The notes under the pieces: generated by a model | The model's input: the letters and a program-made list of their open reading frames with translations, nothing else | What the model was told of the DNA's origin: nothing | Databases searched by the model: none | Shown: piece by piece, positions 44,601-57,446 of the stretch | Layout: the number at the start of each line of letters is the position of its first letter | Numbering within the stretch: position 1 is the first letter of the stretch | Source of the DNA: Auanema rhodensis | Lineage: Eukaryota > Animalia > Nematoda | DNA length: 64,000 nucleotides | Assembly (NCBI GenBank): GCA_964057225.1 | Contig: OZ059899.1 | Location: 17,360,001 to 17,424,000, forward strand | Direction: 5' to 3' | Made by a program: the position numbers and the translations under genes

Positions 44601-47600
44601 CAAATTCAATTGAATCTAACATGAAATATTTTTTCGTTTTGAAAAGCATTGAATATCATTGTTCCTTGTAATATTAGATTTGAATATTGCTTTGTTAGCT
44701 TTAAGATGTTTGCTTATGCATAGCTTCAGTTTGCTGCTCTAGCTGGTTTTCAATTTTTATGAGATTTTTCATCATCTTACAACAAATTCAATTGAATCTA
44801 ACATGAAATATTTTTTCGTTTTGAAAAGCATTGAATATCATTGTTCCTTATAATATTGGATTTGAATATTGCTTTGTTAGCTTTAAGATGTTTGCTTATG
44901 CATAGCTTCAGTTTGCTGCTCTAGCTGGTTTTCAATTTTTATGAGATTTTTCATCATCTTACAACAAATTCAATTGAATCTAACATGAAATATTTTTTCG
45001 TTTTGAAAAGCATTGAATATCATTGTTTCTTGTAATATTGGATTTGAATATTGCTTTGTTAGCTTTATGATTTTTGCTACTGTATAGCTTCAGTTTGCTG
45101 CACTAGCTGGTTTTCAATTTTTATGAGATTTTTCATCATCTTACAACAAATTCAATTGAATCTAACATGAAATATTTTTTCGTTTTGAAAAGCATTGAAT
45201 ATCATTGTTCCTTGTAATATTGGATTTGATTATTGCTTTGTTAGCTTCATGATTTTTGCTACTGTATAGCTTCAGTTTGCTGCACTAGCTGGTTTTCAAT
45301 TTTTATGAGATTTTTCATTATCTTACAACAAATTCATTTGAATCTAACATGAAATATTTTTTCGTTTCAAATAGTAGTGAATATCATTGTTCCTTGTAAT
45401 ATTGGATTTGAATATTGCTATGTTAGCTTTATGATTTTTGCTACTGTATAGCTTCAGTTTGCTGCTCTAGCTGGTTTTCAATTTTTATGAGATTTTTCAT
45501 CATCTTACAACAAATTCATTTGAATCTAACATGAACTATTTTTTCGTTTCAAATAGTAGTGAATATCATTGTTTCTTGTAATATTGGATTTGAATATTGC
45601 TTTGTTTGCTTTAAGATTTTTGCTACTACATGCCCTGTGTTTACTGCTCTAGCTAGTTTTCAATTTTTATGAGATTTTTCATCATCTTACAACAAATTCA
45701 TTTGAATCTCATGTGAATTATTTTTTTTTTTAAAAAAGCATTGAATTTCATTGTTTCTTGTAATGATGGATTTGAATATTGCTTTGTTAGCTTTATGATT
45801 TTTGCTACTGTTTAGCTTCAGTTTGCTGCTCTAGCTGGTTTTCAATTTTTATGAGATTTTTCATCATCTTACAACAAATTCATTTGAATCTAACATGAAC
45901 TATTTTTTCGTTTTGAAAAGCATTGAATATCATTGTTCCTTATAATATTGGATTTGAATATTGCTTCGTTAGTTTTATGATTTTTGCTACTGTATAGCTT
46001 CAGTTTGCTGCTCTAGCTGGTTTTCAATTTTTATTAGATTTTTCACCATCTTGCAACAAATTCATTTGAATCTAATATGAACTATTTTTTCGTTTCAAAT
46101 AGTAGTGAATATAATTGTTTCTTGTAATATTGGATTTGAATATTGCTTTGTTTGCTTTAAGATTTTTGCTACTACATGCCCTGTGTTTACTGCTCTAGCT
46201 AGTTTTCCATTTTTATGAGAATAATCGTCCTGTGACAACAAATTCATTTGAATCTAATATGAACTATTTTTTCGTTTCAAATAGTAGTGAATATCATTGT
46301 TTCTTGTAATATTGGATTTGAATATTACTTTGATAGTTATAAGATTTTTGCTACTACATGCCCTGTGTTTACTGCTCTAGCTAGTTTTCCATTTTTATGA
46401 GAATAATAGTCCTGTGACAACAAATTCATTTGAATCTAATATGAATTATTTTTTCTTTTTAAGAAGCATTGAATATCATTGTTTCTTGTAATGATGGATT
46501 TGAATATTGCTTCGTTAGCTTTATGATTTTTGCTACTACATGCCCTGTGTTTACTGCTCTAGCTGGTTTTCCATTTTTATTAGATTTTTCATCATCTTGC
46601 TACAAATTCATTTGAATCTAATATGAACTATTTTTTCGTTTAGTAGTGAGTATCATTATTTCTTGTAATAATTGATTTGATTATTGCTTTGTTAGCTTTA
46701 TGATTTTTGCTACTGTATAGCTTCAGTTTGCTGCTCTAGCTGGTTTTCAATTTTTATTAGATTTTTCACCATCTTGCAACAAATTCATTTGAATCTAATA
46801 TGAACTATTTTTTCGTTTCAAATAGTAGTAAATATAATTGTTTCTTGTAATATTGGATTTGAATATTGCTTTGTTTGCTTTAAGATTTTTGCTACTACAT
46901 GCCCTGTGTTTACTGCTCTAGCTAGTTTTCCATTTTTATGAGAATAATCGTCCTGTGACAACAAATTCATTTGAATCTAATATGAATTTTTTTTTTTGAA
47001 AAGCATTGAATTTCATTGTTTCTTGTAATGATGGATTTGAATATTGCTTCGTTAGCTTTATGATTTTTGCTTCTGCATAGCTTCAGTTTGCTGCTTTAGC
47101 TGGTTTTCACTTTTTATTAGATTTTTCATAATCTTACAACAAATTCAATTGAATCTAAGATGAATTATTTTTTCGTTTTGAAAAGCATTGAATATCATTG
47201 TTTCTTGTAATAATTGATTTGAATATTGCTTTGTTACCTTTAACATTTTTGCTTCTGCATAGCTTCAGTTTGCTGCTTTAGCTGGTTTTCACTTTTTATT
47301 AGTTTTTTCATAATCTTACAACAAATTCAATTGAATCTAAGATGAAATATTTTTTCGTTTTGAAAAGCATTGAATATCATTGTTTCTTGTAATAATTGAT
47401 TTGAATATTGCTTTGTTAGCTTTATGATTTTTGCTACTGTATAGCTTCAGTTTGCTGCTCTAGCTGGTTTTCAATTTTTATTAGATTTTTCACCATCTTG
47501 CAACAAATTCATTTGAATCTAATATGAACTATTTTTTCGTTTCAAATAGTAGTGAATATAATTGTTTCTTGTAATATTGGATTTGAATATTGCTTTGTTT

Positions 47601-49399
47601 GCTTTAAGATTTTTGCTACTACATGCCCTGTGTTTACTGCTCTAGCTAGTTTTCCATTTTTATGAGAATAATCGTCCTGTGACAACAAATTCATTTGAAT
47701 CTAATATGAATTTTTTTTTTTTTAAAAAGCATTGAATTTCATTGTTTCTTGTAATGATGGATTTGAATATTGCTTTGTTACCTTTAACATTTTTGCTTCT
47801 GCATAGCTTCAGTTTGCTGCTTTAGCTGGTTTTCACTTTTTATTAGATTTTTCATAATCTCACAACAAATTCAATTGAATCTAAGATGAATTATTTTTTC
47901 TTTTTAAAAAGCATTGAATATCATTATTTCTTGTAATAATTGATTTGAATATTGCTTCGTTTGTTTTAAGATTTTGCTACTGCATAGCTTCAGTTTGCTG
48001 CTCTAGCTGGTTTTCTATTATTATGAGATTTTTCATAATCTTGCAACAAATTCATTTGAATCTAATATGAACTATTTTTTCGTTTCAAATAGTAGTGAAT
48101 ATAATTGTTTCTTGTAATATTGGATTTGAATATTACTTTGATAGTTATAAGATTTTTGCTACTATATGCCCTGTGTTTACTGCTCTAGCTAGTTTTCAAT
48201 TTTTATTAGATTTTTCATAATCTTGCAACAAATTCATTTGAATCTAATATGAACTATTTTTTCGTTTCAAATAGTAGTGAATATCATTGTTTCTTGTAAT
48301 ATTGGATTTGAATATTACTTTGATAGTTATAAGATTTTTGCTACTACATGCCCTGTGTTTACTGCTCTAGCTAGTTTTCCATTTTTATGAGAATAATAGT
48401 CCTGTGACAACAAATTCATTTGAATCTAATATGAATTATTTTTTCTTTTTAAGAAGCATTGAATATCACTGTTTCTTGTAATGATGGATTTGAATATTGC
48501 TTCGTTAGCTTTATGATTTTTGCTACTACATGCCCTGTGTTTACTGCTCTAGCTGGTTTTCCATTTTTATTAGATTTTTCATCATCTTGCTACAAATTCA
48601 TTTGAATCTAATATGAACTATTTTTTCGTTTAGTAGTGAGTATCATTGTTTCTTGTAATATTGGATTTGATTATTGCTTCGTTTGTTTTAAGATTTTCCT
48701 TCTGCATAGCTTCAGTGCTCTAGCTGGTTTTCCATTTTTATGAGATTTTTCATCATCTTACAACAAATTCATTTAAATCTAACATGAATTGTTTTTTCGT
48801 TTTAAAAAGCATTGAATTTCATTGTTTCTGGTAATATTGGATTTGATTATTGCTTTGTTAGCTTTAAAATTTTTGCTACTACATGTCCTGTGTTTACTGC
48901 TCTAGCTGGTTTTCACTTTTTATGAGATTTTTCATCATTTTACAACAAATTCATTTAAATCTAACATGAATTGTTTTTTTCGTTTTAAAAAGCATTGAAT
49001 TTCATTGTTTCTGGTAATATTGGATTTGATTATTGCTTCGTTTGTTTTAAGATTTTGCTTCTGCATAGCTTCAGTGCTCTAGCTGGTTTTCCATTTTTAT
49101 GAGATTTTTCATCATCTTACAAGAAATTCAATTGAATCTAACATGAATTATTTTTTCGTTTTAAAAAGCATTGAATTTCATTGCTTCTTGTAATATTGGA
49201 TTTGATTATTGCTTTGTTAGCTTTAAGATTTTTGCTACTACATGTGCTGTGTTTACTGCTCTAGCTGGTTTTCACTTTTTATGAGATTTTTCATCATCTT
49301 ACAACAAATTCATTTAAATATAACATGAATTATTTTTTCGTTTGAAAAAGCATTGAATTTCATTGTTTCTTGTAATATTGGATTTGATTATTGCTTCGT
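38686..49399 (+). repeat. 182-bp tandem satellite array, ~59 monomers, two main monomer types
   Basis: agcattgaat recurs at 38821, 39003, 39185, 39367, 39549, 39731 (period 182). Monomers carry either actacatg(tca/ccc)tgtgtttac or actgtatagcttcagtttgc. Confidence 0.98.
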
Positions 49400-49428
49400 A
49401 TTACTTTGTTTATTTCTCTTATTTTTAT

Positions 49429-50207
49429 TACTATTTGAAACGAAAAAATAGTTCATATTAGATTCAAATGAATTTGTTGCAAGATGATGAAAAATCTCAT
49501 AAAAATGGAAAACCAGCTAGAGCACTGAAGCTATGCAGAAGCAAAATCTTAAAACAAACGAAGCAATAATCAAATCCAATATTACAAGAAACAATGAAAT
49601 TCAATGCTTTTTAAAACGAAAAAATAATTCATATTAGATTCAATTGAATTTCTTGTAAGATGATGAAAAATCTCATAAAAATGGAAAACCAGCTAGAGCA
49701 CTGAAGCTATGCAAAAGCAAAATCTTAAAACAAACGAAGTAATAATCAAATCCAATATTACAAGAAACAATGAAATTCAATGCTTTTTAAAACGAAAAAA
49801 TAATTCATGTTAGATTTAAATGAATTTGTTGTAAGATGATGAAAATTCTCATAAAAAGTGAAAACCAGCTAGAGCAGTAAACACAGGACATGTAGTAGCA
49901 AAAATTTTAAAGCTAACAAAGCAATAATCAAATCCAATATTACAAGAAACAATGAAATTCAATGCTTTTTCAAACGAAAAAATAATTCATGTTAGATTTA
50001 AATGAATTTGTTGTAAGATGATGAAAAATCTCATAAAAAGTGAAAACCAGCTAGAGCAGTAAACACAGCACATGTAGTAGCAAAAATCTAAAAGCTAACA
50101 AAGCAATAATCAAATCCAATATTACAAGAAACATAGAAATTCAATGCTTTTTAAAACGAAAAAATAATTCATATTAGATTCAATTGAATTTGTTGTCACA
50201 TGACGAT
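49429..50207 (-). repeat. 182-bp satellite, inverted block of ~4.3 monomers
   Basis: tactatttgaaacgaaaaaatagttc... is the reverse complement of the 182-bp unit. The block ends at ...gaatttgttgtcacatgacgat. Confidence 0.96.
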
Positions 50208-50210
50208 AAG

Positions 50211-53200
50211 TATAAGTGTGAACTTATATCAGTTGATATCTCGGTTCCTTTTTAAGCTAGCGCATATCTGATAACATAGATCGACGCAGCTTAAAAATCC
50301 GCATCAAAAGCACTATATTACATTGAAAAACGCTCAATACAAAAATAAGTTATGATCGTTTGAAAAATGATGCATTAGTGTATGTTGAGTTTCCATGTAC
50401 ACTCAACATTGCTTCCAAAAACATTTTGACAAAAATTTTCCCGAAAAATTTCAGAATAATTGCACAAAAAGTAGATGTTTTTAGATTCCTTTTTTCAAGG
50501 CAAAGACGATGGACAATGTTATTCAACGAAAAAATTAATTCTTCAGGGTGAAAATCGAGGATATAAGTGTGAACTTATATCAGTTGATATCTCGGTGCAT
50601 TTTCAAGCTAGCGCAAATCTGATAACACAGATCGACGCAGCTTAAAAATCCGCATCGAATGCACTATACAACATTGAGAAACGCTTAATACAAAAATTAG
50701 TTATGATCGTTTGAAAAATGATGCATTAGTGTATGTTGAGTTTCCATGTACACTCAACATTGCTTCCAAAAACATTTTGACAAAAATTTTTCCGAAAAAT
50801 TTTAAAATAATTTCGCAAAAAGTCGATGTTTTTAGATTTCTTTTTTCAAGGCAAAGACGATGGACAATGTTATTCAACGAAAAAATTATTTCTGCAGGGT
50901 GAAAATCGAGGATATAAGTGTGAACTTATATCAGTTGATATCTCGGTGCATTTTTAAGCTAGCGCAAATCTGATAACACAGATCGACGCAGCTTAAAAAT
51001 CCGCATCGAATGCACTATACTACATTGAGAAACGCTTGATACAAAAATTAGGTATGATCGTTTGAAAAATGATGCATTAGTGTATGTTGAGTTTCCATGT
51101 ACACTCAACATTGCTTCCAAAAACATTTTGACAAAAATTTTTCCGAAAAATTTCGAAAAAATTTCGCGAAAAGTAGATGTTTTTAGATTCCTTTTTTCAA
51201 GGCAAAGACGATGGACAATGTTATTCAACGAAAAAATTAATTCTGCAGGGTGAAAATCGAGGATATAAGTGTGAACTTATATCAGTTGATATCTCGGTGC
51301 ATTTTTAAGCTAGCGCAAATCTGATAACACAGATCGACGCAGCTTAAAAATCCGCATCGAATGCACTATACAACATTGAGAAACGCTTAATACAAAAATT
51401 AGTTATGATCGTTTGAAAAATGATGCATTAGTGTATGTTGAGTTTCCATGTACACTCAACATTGCTTCCAAAAACATTTTGACAAAAATTTTTCCGAAAA
51501 ATTTCAAAATAATTTCGCGAAAAGTAGATGTTTTTAGATTCCTTTTTTCAAGGCAAAGACGATGGACAATGTTATTCAACGAAAAAATTAATTCTGCAGG
51601 GTGAAAATCGAGGATATAAGTGTGAACTTATATCAGTTGATATCTCGGTACATTTTTAAGCTAGCGCAAATCTGATAACACAGATCGACGCAGCTTAAAA
51701 ATCCGCATCGAATGCACTATACAACATTGAGAAACGCTCAATACAAAAATTAGTTATGATCGTTTGAAAAATGATGCATTAGTGTATGTTGAGTTTCCAT
51801 GTACACTCAACATTGCTTCCAAAAACATTTTGATAAAAATTTTTCCGAAAAATTTCAAAATAATTTCGCGAAAAGTAGATGTTTTTAGATTCCTTTTTTC
51901 AAGGCAAAGACGATGGACAATGTTATTCAACGAAAAAATTATTTCTGCAGGGTGAAAATCGAGGATATAAGTGTGAACTTATATCAGTTGATATCTCGGT
52001 GCATTTTTAATCTAGCGCAAATCTGATAATACAGATCGACGCAGCTTAAAAATCCGCATCGAATGCACTATACTGCATTGAGAAACGCTTAATACAAAAG
52101 TTAGTTATGATCGTTTGAAAAATGATGCATTAGTGTATGTTGAGTTTCCATGTACACTCAACATTGCTTCCAAAAACATTTAGACAAAAATTTTTCCGAA
52201 AAATTTCAAAATAATTTCGCGAAAAGTAGATGTTTTTAGATTCCTTTTTTCAAGGCAAAGACGATGGACAATGTTATTCAACGAAAAAATTAATTCTGCA
52301 GGGTGAAAATCGAGGATATAAGTGTGAACTTATATCAGTTGATATCTCGGTGCATTTTTAAGCTAGCGCAAATCTGATAACACAGATCGACGCAGCTTAA
52401 AAATCCGCATCGAATGCACTATACAACATTGAGAAACGCTCAATACAAAAATTAGTTATGATCGTTTGAAAAATGATGCATTAGTGTATGTTGAGTTTCC
52501 ATGTACACTCAACATTGCTTCCAAAAACATTTTGATAAAAATTTTTCCGAAAAATTTCAAAATAATTTCGCGAAAAGTAGATGTTTTTAGATTCCTTTTT
52601 TCAAGGCAAAGACGATGGACAATGTTATTCAACGAAAAAATTATTTCTGCAGGGTGAAAATCGAGGATATAAGTGTGAACTTATATCAGTTGATATCTCG
52701 GTGCATTTTTAATCTAGCGCAAATCTGATAATACAGATCGACGCAGCTTGAAAATCCGCATCGAATGCACTATACTGCATTGAGAAACGCTTAATACAAA
52801 AGTTAGTTATGATCGTTTAAATAATGATGCATTAGTGTATGTTGAGTTTCCATGTACACTCAACATTGCTTCCAAAAACATTTTGACAAAAATTTTTCCG
52901 AAAAATTTCAAAATAATTTCGCGAAAAGTAGATGTTTTTAGATTCCTTTTTTCAAGGCAAAGACGATGGACAATGTTATTCAATGAAAAAATTAATTCTG
53001 CAGGGTGAAAATCGAGGATATAAGTGTGAACTTATATCAGTTGATATCTCGGTGCATTTTTAAGCTAGCGCAAATCTGATAACACAGATCGACGCAGCTC
53101 AAAAATCCGCATCGAATGCACTATACAACATTGAGAAACGCTCAATACAAAAATTAGTTATGATCGTTTGAAAAATGATGCATTAGTGTATGTTGAGTTT

Positions 53201-56200
53201 CCATGTACACTCAACATTGCTTCCAAAAACATTTTGATAAAAATTTTTCCGAAAAATTTCAAAATAATTTCGCGAAAAGTAGATGTTTTTAGATTCCTTT
53301 TTTCAAGGCAAAGACGATGGACAATGTTATTCAACGAAAAAATTATTTCTGCAGGGTGAAAATCGAGGATATAAGTGTGAACTTATATCAGTTGATATCT
53401 CGGTGCATTTTTAATCTAGCGCAAATCTGATAATACAGATCGACGCAGCTTAAAAATCCGCATCGAATGCACTATACTGCATTGAGAAACGCTTAATACA
53501 AAAGTTAGTTATGATCGTTTGAATAATGATGCATTAGTGTATGTTGAGTTTCCATGTACACTCAACATTGCTTCCAAAAACATTTTGACAAAAATTTTTC
53601 CGAAAAATTTCAAAATAATTTCGCGAAAAGTAGATGTTTTTAGATTCCTTTTTTCAAGGCAAAGACGATGGACAATGTTATTCAATGAAAAAATTAATTC
53701 TGCAGGGTGAAAATCGAGGATATAAGTGTGAACTTATATCAGTTGATATCTCGGTGCATTTTTAAGCTAGCGCAAATCTGATAACACAGATCGACGCAGC
53801 TCAAAAATCCGCATCGAATGCACTATACAACATTGAGAAACGCTCAATACAAAAATTAGTTATGATCGTTTGAAAAATGATGCATTAGTGTATGTTGAGT
53901 TTCCATGTACACTCAACATTGCTTCCAAAAACATTTTGATAAAAATTTTTCCGAAAAATTTCAAAATAATTTCGCGAAAAGTAGATGTTTTTAGATTCCT
54001 TTTTTCAAGGCAAAGACGATGGACAATGTTATTCAACGAAAAAATTATTTCTGCAGGGTGAAAATCGAGGATATAAGTGTGAACTTATATCAGTTGATAT
54101 CTCGGTGCATTTTTAATCTAGCGCAAATCTGATAATACAGATCGACGCAGCTTAAAAATCCGCATCGAATGCTCTATACTGCATTGAGAAACGCTTAATA
54201 CAAAAGTTAGTTATGATCGTTTGAAAAATGATGCATTAGTGTATGTTGAGTTTCCATGTACACTCAACATTGCTTCCAAAAACATTTTGACAAAAATTTT
54301 TCCGAAAAATTTCAAAATAATTTCGCGAAAAGTAGATGTTTTTAGATTCCTTTTTTCAAGGCAAAGACGATGGACAATGTTATTCAACGAAAAAATTATT
54401 TCTGCAGGGTGAAAATCGAGGATATAAGTGTGAACTTATATCAGTTGATATCTCGGTGCATTTTTAATCTAGCGCAAATCTGATAATACAGATCGACGCA
54501 GCTTAAAAATCCGCATCGAATGCACTATACTGCATTGAGAAACGCTTAATACAAAAGTTAGTTATGATCGTTTGAAAAATGATGCATTAGTGTATGTTGA
54601 GTTTCCATGTACACTCAACATTGCTTCCAAAAACATTTTGACAAAAATTTTTCCGAAAAATTTCGAAAAAATTTCGCGAAAAGTAGATGTTTTTAGATTC
54701 CTTTTTTCAAGGCAAAGACGATGGACAATGTTATTCAACGAAAAAATTAATTCTGCAGGGTGAAAATCGAGGATATAAGTGTGAACTTATATCAGTTGAT
54801 ATCTCGGTGCATTTTTAAGCTAGCGCAAATCTGATAACACAGATCGACGCAGCTTAAAAATCCGCATCGAATGCACTATACAACATTAAGAAACGCTTAA
54901 TACAAAAATTAGTTATGATCGTTTGAAAAATGATGCATTAGTGTATGTTGAGTTTCCATGTACACTCAACATTGCTTCCAAAAACATTTTGACAAAAATT
55001 TTTCCGAAAAATTTCGAAAAAATTTCGCGAAAAGTAGATGTTTTTAGATTCCTTTTTCCAAGGCAAAGACGATGGACAATGTTATTCAACGAAAAAATTA
55101 TTTCTGCAGGGTGAAAATCGAGGATATAAGTGTGAACTTATATCAGTTGATATCTCGGTGCATTTTTAAGCTAGCGCAAATCTGATAACACAGATCGACG
55201 CAGCTTGAAAATCCGCATCGAATGCACTATACAACATTGAGAAACGCTTGATACAAAAATTAGTTATGATCGTTTGAAAAATGATGCATTAGTGTATGTT
55301 GAGTTTCCATGTACACTCAACATTGCTTCCAAAAACATTTTGACAAAAATTTTTCCGAAAAATTTCGAAAAAATTTCGCGAAAAGTAGATGTTTTTAGAT
55401 TCCTTTTTCCAAGGCAAAGACGATGGACAATGTTATTCAACGAAAAAATTAATTCTGCAGGGTGAAAATCGAGGATATAAGTGTGAACTTATATCAGTTG
55501 ATATCTCGGTGCATTTTTAAGCTAGCGCAAATCTGATAACACAGATCGACGCAGCTTAAAAATCCGCATCGAATGCACTATACAACATTAAGAAACGCTT
55601 AATACAAAAATTAGTTATGATCGTTTGAAAAATGATGCATTAGTGTATGTTGAGTTTCCATGTACACTCAACATTGCTTCCAAAAACATTTTGACAAAAA
55701 TTTTTCCGAAAAATTTCGAAAAAATTTCGCGAAAAGTAGATGTTTTTAGATTCCTTTTTCCAAGGCAAAGACGATGGACAATGTTATTCAACGAAAAAAT
55801 TATTTCTGCAGGGTGAAAATCGAGGATATAAGTGTGAACTTATATCAGTTGATATCTCGGTGCATTTTTAAGCTAGCGCAAATCTGATAACACAGATCGA
55901 CGCAGCTTAAAAATCCGCATCGAATGCACTATACAACATTGAGAAACGCTTAATACAAAAATTAGTTATGATCGTTTGAAAAATGATGCGTTAGTGTATG
56001 TTGAGTTTCCATGTACACTCAACATTGCTTCCAAAAACATTTTGATAAAAATTTTTCCGAAAAATTTCAAAATAATTTCGCGAAAAGTAGATGTTTTTAG
56101 ATTCCTTTTTTCAAGGCAAAGACGATGGACAATGTTATTCAACGAAAAAATTAATTCTCCAGGGTGAAAATCGAGGATATAAGTGTGAACTTATATCAGT

Positions 56201-56376
56201 TGATATCTCGGTGCATTTTTAAGCTAGCGCAAATCTGATAACACAGATCGACGCAGCTTAAAAACCCGCATCGAATGCACTATACAACATTGAGAAACGC
56301 TTAATACAAAAATTAGTTATGATCGTTTGAAAAATGATGCATTAGTGTATGTTGAGTTTCCATGTACACTCAACAT
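50211..56376 (-). repeat. 351-bp satellite, inverted block of ~17.5 monomers, distinct subfamily
   Basis: Reverse complement of the left array. The 63-aa pseudo-ORF switches to the + strand at 50360, 50711, 51062, etc. (period 351). The block ends at ...catgtacactcaacat. Confidence 0.98.
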
Positions 56377-56417
56377 AAGTAGAGAGCCGTGCAAAATTTA
56401 CTAACCACGCCCCCAAA

Positions 56418-56530
56418 CAGCTGTCAAAAACATACTTTTGGGGGCGTCAGCTGCTAAAAACATACTTTTGGGGCGCGTCAGCTGTCAAAAACATATTTTT
56501 GAGCGTCAGCTGTTAAAATCATATTTTAGG
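56418..56530 (+). repeat. Four ~30-bp subterminal tandem repeats (CAGCTGtcAAAAACATAcTTTTgggggCGT)
   Basis: CAGCTG at 56418, 56448, 56479 and 56507, each followed by a similar AAAAxCATAxTTTT tract. Confidence 0.9.
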
Positions 56531-56569
56531 ATCATGGTTCATGGATTTTCCTTTTTTAAATATAAAAGT

Positions 56570-56990
56570 CATGATTTAAAGCATGATTTTTTTTTTTTTA
56601 ATTTTTTTTTTTTTAAATCAAATTTAAATATGCTTTTTCAAATGTATGTATATATTTTCAATTATTTTTAAATATATTAAGTAAAAATAAAAATCTTAAT
56701 TTTAAATATTTAAATTATATTTAAATTTTATATATATATATAAATTTTATTTAAACTTTAAATATTTAAATTATATTTAAATTTTATATATATAAATTAT
56801 ATTTAAACTTTAAATTTTATATATAAATTATATTTAAATTTTAAATATATAAATTTGTTTTTAAATTTTATTTATTTCTTTATTTCTTTATTATATTTAT
56901 TAATAATGTTTGTTTACTTATTTTGTTTATTTTTTATTGTATTGTGTTTGTACTATTTTATTTGTATTTTTAAAGATCAATAAAATTTTT
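56570..56990. repeat. AT-only low-complexity tract with degenerate taaattatatttaaattttatata repeats
   Basis: Directly visible; almost no G/C between ~56690 and 56900. Confidence 0.85.
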
Positions 56991-57028
56991 GCATGTAGAT
57001 AATTTTGTTCACCGTACTTGTTTTGGGT

Positions 57029-57126
57029 AATTCAATGGAACACATATCGAAGGTTAATTCGATAAGAACGATATGAAATACAAAATTCAATGGAACACAT
57101 ATCGAAGGTTAATTCGATAAGAACGA
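57029..57126 (+). repeat. Perfect 43-bp direct repeat, two copies 55 bp apart
   Basis: aattcaatggaacacatatcgaaggttaattcgataagaacga at 57029-57071 and 57084-57126. Confidence 0.92.
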
Positions 57127-57446
57127 CATTAAATTATTAATTTTTGAAATTACAAATTGTTATTAATTATATTTATTCTAACAAGTAAAAAGTTTCAAAT
57201 TAAAAGAAAAGACTAGTTTTAAACTTTATTTTACTAATATAACAATACAATAACTCTATAGAGCACACATTGAAGGTAAATACGACGGGATTAACAAACA
57301 GTTGCGCTGACCTCAACGCACATCGATGGTTAATAAACACTAATAACTGCACTGTGGGGGTCTAAATATAGGATAATCATTTTAACATTTCAAAAGTTTT
57401 GTAATATAATCATTGGTAAATATTAAAGAATGAAATATTTTTTACA

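Larger units (their letters stand above)
56378..57000. repeat. Putative left terminal inverted repeat of the Maverick (inner boundary unknown)
   Basis: AG-rich terminus, GC-box hairpin, four ~30-bp subterminal repeats, then a very AT-rich low-complexity tract. The partner TIR is outside the window, so the extent cannot be fixed. Confidence 0.6.

Noticed and set aside
341-56167. ~130 near-identical 60-94 aa ORFs (MKNDALVYVEF..., MIFSLNNIVH...) as a tandem gene family
   Set aside because: They mostly start at TTG, occur on both strands of the same satellite unit, are broken by stops and frameshifts in many monomers, and have no recognisable domain.
1-56376. CRISPR array
   Set aside because: Whole monomers repeat head-to-tail with no unique spacers, no cas genes are present, and the context is eukaryotic.
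1-56376. Tandem 5S rRNA, SL RNA, tRNA or snRNA genes
   Set aside because: No recognisable 5S, SL1 leader or tRNA sequence. AATTTTTG Sm-like strings are expected by chance in this composition.
56438-56671. 77-aa ORF in the terminal repeat
   Set aside because: TTG start; it simply translates the 30-bp repeats and poly-T tracts.
57023-57032. AATTACCCAA on the minus strand resembling the nematode SL1 leader
   Set aside because: Only 10 of 22 nt match, with no donor site or SL RNA body.
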